From a virus, in IMG/VR virus record IMGVR_UViG_3300018432_000002, positions 1-64,000 of that record: 64,000 bases of DNA; one strand, 5' to 3'. Below the pieces are notes generated by a model, which did no database searches, was not told the DNA's origin, and was given only the letters and a program-made list of their open reading frames with translations. Position numbers and translations under genes: made by a program. Positions 17,426 to 23,994 of the stretch are shown in pieces; positions within the stretch are counted from its first letter, which is position 1; every line of letters starts with the position of its first letter.

Positions 17426-17713
17426 ATGCCCGCGACGCCCCAGCACTTCACCCTCGCAGCGGACACCGAAAAGATCTTCACCTTGGACCGCAACTGCGGC
17501 ATGGTGCGTATCGTCGTCGTCGCCAACCCGGCCGTCATCTACTTCAACACCAAAAACACGGCCGTACCCGCCGTCGCCTCCTCCCAGGACGGCCACCAAG
17601 TCATCCCCGCAGTGATCACCGCCGTTGAGGTCGAAGACGAAACCTCCGGCACCGAAACCATCATCCGCATGCGCTCAGCCGGCACCCCCACCGTCATGGT
17701 CACCGGGTGGTGA
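17426..17713 (+). CDS. hypothetical protein
   Basis: GGGAGG RBS 7 nt upstream of the ATG. Confidence 0.6.
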   Translation: MPATPQHFTLAADTEKIFTLDRNCGMVRIVVVANPAVIYFNTKNTAVPAVASSQDGHQVIPAVITAVEVEDETSGTETIIRMRSAGTPTVMVTGW

Positions 17714-17717
17714 CCTG

Positions 17718-19070
17718 ATGGGCTACGAATTCCTCGCCGGCGGCATCACCGACCCCGCCACCCTCACCGGAAGTGCGGGCGGACCCGGACTCGGCCTGTA
17801 CCCGCCGCCGCGCATGGTGTTTCCCCGCCTCCAAGACAAAGTGATCTCCGCGTTTCAGGCCGCCCATGGCTGGACCCTGTCCGGCACTACCGGCACCACC
17901 TACGCCGACGACACCAGCGACTACCTGCTCGGCTCCCAGTCGATCCGGCTCACGACCGGCGGCACCGGCGGCACCCATGAGATCCGATCCCCCGCGCTGA
18001 GCCTCGACCTGAGCACGTCGAACCTGGTGTTCGCCGTGAAAATCGACGACTACGCGCGGTACTCGGACCTGCAAATCCGGCTGTCATCCAACGGGTTCAC
18101 CGACTTCGCCTACTGCAAGCCTTTGGCCACCGGCGTCTCGCAACGCTGGGTCGAAGCCGGCCAGTGGCAGATCATCACCATCTCCCGGGCTGAGATCGTC
18201 TCCGGGATCTCGTGGGGCAACGGCGGCATCCAATACTCCGGTGTCAAAGCCAACGTGAACTGGTCGGCGATCACCGGGATCAGGTTCAAAGTCACCGACG
18301 ACGCCGCCGGCCCCATCACCGTCCGGCTCAACCTGCTCGGCCATTTTCCGCAGCCGACGAAGCCACTCCTGTCGATCGTGTTCGACGACGGACGGTCCAC
18401 CCACTGGACTGTCGCCAAGGCATACATGGACCGGTATCGGCTGCCCGGCACGTCCGCGGTCATCGTTGACAGCCTCGACTCCGGCTCCCCGTACATGACC
18501 ACCGCCCAGGTCAAAGAGCTGCAGGACAAGTCGAAATGGTCGATCGTCTGCCACGCCAACGAAAACACTGTCGGCAGCCAAGCCCACCAGCTCGGCTATG
18601 ACGGCATCAGCTATCCCGCCGGTGAAGCGGACATCCTGCGGATCAAAAACTGGCTGCACCGCAACGGCCTGACCGGCGGGAACGGGCTGTGCTACCCGCA
18701 CGGCACCTACTCTGTTGGCGGCGTCAACACCAGTGTGGTGCCGATGGTCCGCAAATATTTTGACTGGGCCAGAACCACCTACGCGTCAACCCTCGAAACG
18801 TTCCCGCCGGCAGATCCGTGGCGGCTGCGGTCCTGGTCGGTCAGCAACACCGACACCGCCCAGCAGCTCCTTGACGTCGTCGACCAGGGCATCGCCTCCA
18901 AAGCGTGGACGATCATGCAGTGGCACAACCTGGTCAGCCCGGCCAGCAACAACTCAGACTCCACCCCTGCCGTGTTCCAGGCGTTCATCGACGGCGTCAA
19001 CACCCGCGTCCTGGCCGGCACCATCGCCGTGCGCACCATCCACGAAGTCATCCAGTACGGGGCGGTGTGA
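17718..19070 (+). CDS. polysaccharide deacetylase (NodB/CE4 domain) with N-terminal beta-sandwich-like domain
   Basis: LLSIVFDDGRSTHW...GTSAVIV...MTTAQVKELQ...IVCHAN matches the NodB motif order; ATG 17718 within ORF 17625..19070. Confidence 0.75.
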   Translation: MGYEFLAGGITDPATLTGSAGGPGLGLYPPPRMVFPRLQDKVISAFQAAHGWTLSGTTGTTYADDTSDYLLGSQSIRLTTGGTGGTHEIRSPALSLDLSTSNLVFAVKIDDYARYSDLQIRLSSNGFTDFAYCKPLATGVSQRWVEAGQWQIITISRAEIVSGISWGNGGIQYSGVKANVNWSAITGIRFKVTDDAAGPITVRLNLLGHFPQPTKPLLSIVFDDGRSTHWTVAKAYMDRYRLPGTSAVIVDSLDSGSPYMTTAQVKELQDKSKWSIVCHANENTVGSQAHQLGYDGISYPAGEADILRIKNWLHRNGLTGGNGLCYPHGTYSVGGVNTSVVPMVRKYFDWARTTYASTLETFPPADPWRLRSWSVSNTDTAQQLLDVVDQGIASKAWTIMQWHNLVSPASNNSDSTPAVFQAFIDGVNTRVLAGTIAVRTIHEVIQYGAV

Positions 19071-19071
19071 C

Positions 19072-19314
19072 GTGGACGTACAGCTCATCCCCGCCCCGAA
19101 CGCCTGCTGCAGCAACCTCTCCGGGGCAGACGCCTACATCGGCGCCACGGTGCACCACCGGGACCCGAACGACGACACCAGCCACGAACTGCACGTGTAC
19201 TGGCGCGACACCCCGCCAGGCAGGCAGACCGTCGACCTGGCGACGTTCGAACCGCTGGTCATCGACGGCGAGCTGGCCTGCCCGTGCGGTTGGACCGGCA
19301 CCATCCACGGCTGA
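19072..19314 (+). CDS. hypothetical protein
   Basis: GTG 19072 lies 1 nt after the previous stop; within ORF 18715..19314. Confidence 0.45.
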   Translation: MDVQLIPAPNACCSNLSGADAYIGATVHHRDPNDDTSHELHVYWRDTPPGRQTVDLATFEPLVIDGELACPCGWTGTIHG

Positions 19315-19334
19315 CCGGTGCGGCAACCCCACCC

Positions 19335-19865
19335 GTGAGCACCGCAGTCACCCTCGCGTTCGCCGCCCTGTTCGCGCTCGCCTTCACCGCCGCCTGGCCG
19401 CTCCTCGGCCACCTCGACAACCGGCTGGAGGAACCCATGACCAGCCTCAAGCAGCACCTGCGCACGTACCTCGGTATCGCGGGCCTGCACCACCACATTG
19501 ACGAACTGGAGAGCAACATGGCTGACTGGAACACCGTCCTCAACGGCCTCGTCGAGCAGACCACCGCTACGAGCGCCGCCCAGGCCACCTCGTTCAGCAA
19601 CCTGCAGAACGGCCTCAACGCGCAGGGCGACCAGATCCGCGAGCTGCGCCAGCTCCTGGACGACGCCATCGCGAATCAGGGAACCGTCACGCCGGAGATG
19701 CAGGCCAAGGTCGACGAAATCTCCCAGTCCCTGACCACCATGAAGGACGCCGCCGACTCCGCCGACAACGGCTTCGAGCCGGTCGAGCCGGTCGAGCCGG
19801 AGCAGCCCACCGTGCCGGTCACCCCGGACGACACCACCCCTGCCGGGAACACTTCCCGGCGCTGA
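19335..19865 (+). CDS. membrane-anchored coiled-coil protein
   Basis: N-terminal TM (AVTLAFAALFALAFTAAWPLLG), then heptad-like Q/N/L-rich region. Start is uncertain (GTG 19335 or ATG 19437). Confidence 0.5.
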   Translation: MSTAVTLAFAALFALAFTAAWPLLGHLDNRLEEPMTSLKQHLRTYLGIAGLHHHIDELESNMADWNTVLNGLVEQTTATSAAQATSFSNLQNGLNAQGDQIRELRQLLDDAIANQGTVTPEMQAKVDEISQSLTTMKDAADSADNGFEPVEPVEPEQPTVPVTPDDTTPAGNTSRR

Positions 19866-19874
19866 CGCGTGCGT

Positions 19875-19907
19875 GGGCCGCGTGGGGTTCGACTCCCTGC
19901 GCGGCCC
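19875..19907 (+). other. tRNA-like minihelix / terminator hairpin (8-bp acceptor-like stem stacked on a 5-bp stem with loop TTCGACT)
   Basis: GGGCCGCG-TGGGG-TTCGACT-CCCTG-CGCGGCCC read directly. It contains the GGTTCGAnTCC T-arm consensus but has no D or anticodon arms. Confidence 0.5.
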
Positions 19908-19997
19908 GACTTCAACACAGAGTAATCACTGATGATCTTCAAGCCCGGCCTGAGACCGCCATTGTGACAATGCGTAGATGATCGGCGGTGAAAGCGT

Positions 19998-20477
19998 GTG
20001 CCTCCTCGCCTACCCGACGACAAACGCGCCGCGATCCTCGCCGACATCCAGGCAGCCCGAAAGAGCCGCGCCCAGATCGGACGCGACCACGGCGTAAGCG
20101 CCTGGACGGTCGGCAACATCGCCAAGGAAGCGCAGATCGATGGTGCGTTCTCTCGGGAGAAGACCCAAAACGCGACCGCCGCGGCGGTGGCTGACAGTCG
20201 GGCGATGCGAGCGGCCGAGGCGATGGCGGCAATGGCCGCCGCGCCGCAACTGCGTTTGAATGTGCTGGCGTCGGAGACTGGGCGCGACGCTCAAGGTTGG
20301 GCAGTCGCTTACGGAATCATGATCGACAAGCACGCGATGCTGGAGAAGCACGACTCCGGCAGCAGTGACGCGGCGACTTCGCTGCTTGACGCTGTTGCGA
20401 ATGGGTTGCAGGCCGCGTTCGACGCAACCACGGCCGCAAGTGATCAAGGCGCGGAAAAGGTAGAATCAGAGCAATAA
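19998..20477 (+). CDS. terS: terminase small subunit (HTH type)
   Basis: Position upstream of TerL; N-terminal HTH RAQIGRDHGVSAWTVGNIAK; follows a 130-nt non-coding region. Confidence 0.65.
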   Translation: MPPRLPDDKRAAILADIQAARKSRAQIGRDHGVSAWTVGNIAKEAQIDGAFSREKTQNATAAAVADSRAMRAAEAMAAMAAAPQLRLNVLASETGRDAQGWAVAYGIMIDKHAMLEKHDSGSSDAATSLLDAVANGLQAAFDATTAASDQGAEKVESEQ

Positions 20478-20538
20478 AGGGCCCGGCGGGTGCGCTAACA
20501 CCCCCGGGCTGTGGCCGATCCTCTTCAGAAGGAACGAC

Positions 20539-21279
20539 GTGCCTGACGATACCTGCTGCGTGCAGGAATGTACGCGACCCATCAAGGTCAAGAGCCGCAA
20601 ACTCTGCGGCATGCACGACATGCGCCGACGCCGTACTGGCGATCTTCAACCCAACCGGCCATGCCGCCACGACCGCCGCGCGGACGGGCACCTCTGGTGT
20701 TCACGCTGCGAGACCCACAAGGAACCCAGCGGCTTCTACCGCAACCGGGCAACCAAGACGGGCCACGACGGTGTTTGCATTGCATGCACCGTCCAGCGAC
20801 GGGCCGAAACTTCGGTTGGCCGCTCCGTCACTCGGAAGGCATGGCTGAGTCGGCCAGGCGTGCATGATCGAGTTAAGGCCAACAAACGGCGCTACTACCA
20901 GTCGGCGGACCGGGAACGTTCGACTGAGATCAAGCGCATGTGGCGGAAGAACAACCCCGAGCGCCTGAGACTTCAGATTCGTGCCCAGAACGCCGCTCGA
21001 TACGCCCGGTTCAAAAACGCACCGGGCAGGGCCAATGCGACCCAGATCGCGGCCCGATGGGACTACTACGGCGGGCGGTGCTGGATATGCGGCGCCTCAG
21101 CCACCGACACGGACCACGTCAAGCCGCTCGCGGCGGGTGGCTCGAACTGGCCTGCGAACCTGCGTCCCTCGTGCAGTCCATGCAATCGCAGCAAGTCGGA
21201 TGCATGGCCCTATGAACCCCGCACCCACGCTCGCGCTCTCGCCGAAGCAGATCGCCTCGATTGTCCAGTCGCGGCATAG
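20539..21279 (+). CDS. HNH endonuclease (terminase-associated)
   Basis: C-terminal DTDHVKPLAAGGSNWPANLRPSCSPCNRSK; several CxxC pairs; lies between terS and terL. Confidence 0.85.
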   Translation: MPDDTCCVQECTRPIKVKSRKLCGMHDMRRRRTGDLQPNRPCRHDRRADGHLWCSRCETHKEPSGFYRNRATKTGHDGVCIACTVQRRAETSVGRSVTRKAWLSRPGVHDRVKANKRRYYQSADRERSTEIKRMWRKNNPERLRLQIRAQNAARYARFKNAPGRANATQIAARWDYYGGRCWICGASATDTDHVKPLAAGGSNWPANLRPSCSPCNRSKSDAWPYEPRTHARALAEADRLDCPVAA

Positions 21280-22527
21280 CCGCATTGCCCTGTGGTCTGG
21301 GGCAGTCCGCTCGGGAAAACGATCGCCTCTCTGATCGCCTTCGTGCTTGCGGTCAGAGAGGCCCCCCACTCGGGCCTGATCATCATTGCGGGGAGAACCC
21401 TGCAGACGATCGAGCGAAACCTGCTTGACCCGCTTCAGGACCTCGCGCTGTTCGGCGCTGTCGCAGACACGGTCCAGCACACCCGAGGATCGAACGTTGC
21501 CGTCATCCTCGGCCGCACCGTGCACCTCATCGGCGCGAACGACTCGCGTAGCGAAGGCCGTCTTCGAGGACTCACTGCCTGCCTCGGCATGATTGACGAG
21601 GCCACGCTGGTACCGAAGGCCTTCTTCACGCAGTTCCTGGCCCGGCTCTCCGTTCCCGGTGCACGCCTACTCCTTACAACCAACCCTGATTCACCTGCGC
21701 ATTGGCTGCGCAAGGAATTCATCCAGCGGGCCGGCGAACTCGACCTTGCCCACTTCCACTTCACTCTCGACGACAACCCGTCCCTGGCCCCTGAGTACGT
21801 CGCCGCCATCAAGGCCGAGTTCACCGGCATGTGGTTCAAGCGAATGGTCCTTGGACTCTGGGTTTCCGCCGAGGGCGCCGTCTACGACATGTGGGATTCG
21901 GACCGCCACGTCATCGACATCATCCCGCCGATCTGGCGGTGGATCTGCGCCTCCGTCGACTATGGGACGTCAAATCCGCTGCATGCGCTCCTGCTCGGCA
22001 TCGACGCCTCCCAGACGATCTACGTGGCGTCGGAGTGGCGCCACAGTGCTCGGGATACCCGGCGTTCCCTGACGGACGCCGAATACTCGGCCGAACTGAA
22101 GAAGTGGCTCGCCGACTACCGGCAGCCCGGACTTCAGGCGACCGGAGTGACGCCCGAGGCGATCGTGGTGGACCCGTCCGCCGCATCGTTCATCGAGCAA
22201 CTGTGGCGCGACCGGATGACCCCCACGCCAGCCGACAACAGCGTGGCCGACGGCATCCGCCTCGTCTCCTCGGTGCTCGGCGCCGGGAAGTTGAAAGTCC
22301 ACCGCTCATGCAAGGCGCTCATCGATGAGTTCCCCGGCTACTCGTGGGACGACAAGAAGGCGCTGCGCGGCGTGGACGCGCCGATCAAGGTTGATGACCA
22401 CGGGCTGGACGCGCTGAGGTACGGCGTAAAGACCACCGAGAGTGCCTGGCGCCGACCGAACGGCTTCCAGATGCCACATACGCCCCGCCCGTTCGACGAG
22501 GTCGACCTTATGGGCGCCGCTATGTAG
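21212..22527 (+). CDS. terL: terminase large subunit. It reads intact only with a -1 shift at 21313-21319 (frame A 21212..21319, frame B 21319..22527)
   Basis: Frame A gives MNPAPTLALSPKQ...LWSGAVRSGK and frame B continues TIASLIAF...; together they form Walker A GAVRSGKT and a protein of about 438 aa. Confidence 0.8.
21313..21362 (+). promoter_or_regulatory. candidate -1 programmed ribosomal frameshift signal (G_GGA_AAA + 5-nt spacer + 10-bp stem-loop)
   Basis: The heptamer is in the correct 0-frame phase; GCCTCTCTGA (21325-21334) pairs with TCAGAGAGGC (21353-21362); 0-frame TGA at 21332-21334. Confidence 0.55.
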
Positions 22528-22545
22528 TCGAGGCGGTGGTCTTCC

Positions 22546-23979
22546 GTGACCGCACCGACCTCCGTCAAGGGCTATGTCGACCCGTATGCGCTGGGCAACA
22601 GTTGGGGTTCGCTGTACAGCGATCTGCTCGAGCATGTCCCAGACCTGACGTTCCCCATGTCCATTCCGGTGTATTCGCGGATGCGGCGTGACCCGAAACT
22701 GTCCTCGATCAATCAGGGCTGGACGCTCAACCTGCGGCGCTGCCAGTGGCAGCTAGATCCGGCCGGCTGCCGGCCCGAGGTCGTGGGCCTGGTCGCTGAC
22801 GGCATGGGCCTGGCGATCAAGGGTGCGGACAAGCCCGGCGCTGCCCGCCTGCGTGGTGTCTCCTGGGGTGACCATCTCGCTGCGGCGCTGCGGATGGTGC
22901 CGTTCGGCTTCGCCGCGTTCGAGATCGAAGCTGAGGCCGGCGACAAGGCTCAACTGTCCGGGCTGTGGGAGCGCCCGCAGTGGACGATCTCCCACCTGCA
23001 CGTCAACGGGAAGACCGGCCTGCTTGAAGGCGTCACCCAGGATCAGGCGGGCAAGCTTGAATCGCCGCAGATCCTGGCGAAGAACATGGCGTTCTACGTG
23101 CGGGAGCGCGAAGGCAGTAACTGGGCGGGTACAAGCCTGCTGCGAGCTTCATATGCTTCCTGGCTGATCAAGGAAGAGGTCCGGCGAGCCTACGGGGTCG
23201 CAAACGTCCGCTGGTCTGCCGGTGTGCCGGTAATGGAAGCACTGCCCGGGACCAACCCGACACCCGCCCAGATGGGTGAGGCTGCGCAGATGGCGCAGGC
23301 CTCCCGGGCGGGAATCGCCGCGGGTGCCGCATCGCCGCCAGGATTCACTCTGCGGATCAAAGGCATCGAGGGTGGCCTGCCGAACTCGCAGGAGTTTCTT
23401 CGCTACCTCGATCAGCAGATGACAGCGTCCACGCTGATGGGCGCATTCGACCTGGGTGATACCCCGAACGGGTCGCGGGCGCTCGGGCAAGTGTTCATGG
23501 ACTCGTTCCTGCTTGCCCTGGAGTCCGAGGCCGAACTGGTCGCCGACGTCGCTACCCGGCAGATCGCTGCCCGAATCGTGGACTGGAACTACGGCGAAGA
23601 CGAACCTGTCCCGCGTGTGGTGGCGTCCGGTGTCGGTTCTCGCCGTGAGGTGACCGCCGAGTCCCTGCAGCTGCTCCTGTCATCTGGGGCTCTCGCGGCC
23701 GACCCTCGCCTTGAGGCGTGGGTGCGCCGCGAATACCGGCTACCCGAACGTGACGGTATGGCTTTGCCGAAGGTGACCGCTCCGGGAGTTGAGCTCAAGC
23801 CCGACGAAGACGAGCCGGCCACCGACACGGACCCGGACGACCTGCCTGCTGATGTCGCAGCACGGCAGGCCGACCTGGACTGGGGCCTGTTCGGCGGGGC
23901 CAAAGCCGACCAGCCGGAACAGCCGTCACTGTTCGACGACGACGAAGCCGTTGATCTCGGGGCCTTCGCCCCGGCCTGA
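22546..23979 (+). CDS. portal protein
   Basis: 477 aa immediately after TerL; acidic C-terminus; the sequence pattern recalls Mu gp29/DUF935-type portals. Confidence 0.8.
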   Translation: MTAPTSVKGYVDPYALGNSWGSLYSDLLEHVPDLTFPMSIPVYSRMRRDPKLSSINQGWTLNLRRCQWQLDPAGCRPEVVGLVADGMGLAIKGADKPGAARLRGVSWGDHLAAALRMVPFGFAAFEIEAEAGDKAQLSGLWERPQWTISHLHVNGKTGLLEGVTQDQAGKLESPQILAKNMAFYVREREGSNWAGTSLLRASYASWLIKEEVRRAYGVANVRWSAGVPVMEALPGTNPTPAQMGEAAQMAQASRAGIAAGAASPPGFTLRIKGIEGGLPNSQEFLRYLDQQMTASTLMGAFDLGDTPNGSRALGQVFMDSFLLALESEAELVADVATRQIAARIVDWNYGEDEPVPRVVASGVGSRREVTAESLQLLLSSGALAADPRLEAWVRREYRLPERDGMALPKVTAPGVELKPDEDEPATDTDPDDLPADVAARQADLDWGLFGGAKADQPEQPSLFDDDEAVDLGAFAPA

Positions 23980-23994
23980 CCGTGCGGGGGTGCT

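Noticed and set aside
19875-19907. Possible tRNA gene
   Set aside because: Only acceptor-like and T-arm-like helices are present. There is no D arm, anticodon arm or variable region, and the length is 33 nt. It is kept as a structural oddity, not as a tRNA.
20981-21211. Upstream part of ORF 20981..21334
   Set aside because: It is out of frame within the HNH gene and Arg/Pro-rich. Only the segment from ATG 21212 resembles a terminase N-terminus.
21292-22527. TerL starting at GTG 21292 as a complete stand-alone gene
   Set aside because: That product would begin VVWGSPLGKT, with a mis-spaced P-loop (G-x3-GKT) and no N-terminal LSPKQ segment. The upstream frame supplies exactly the missing Walker A glycine spacing.
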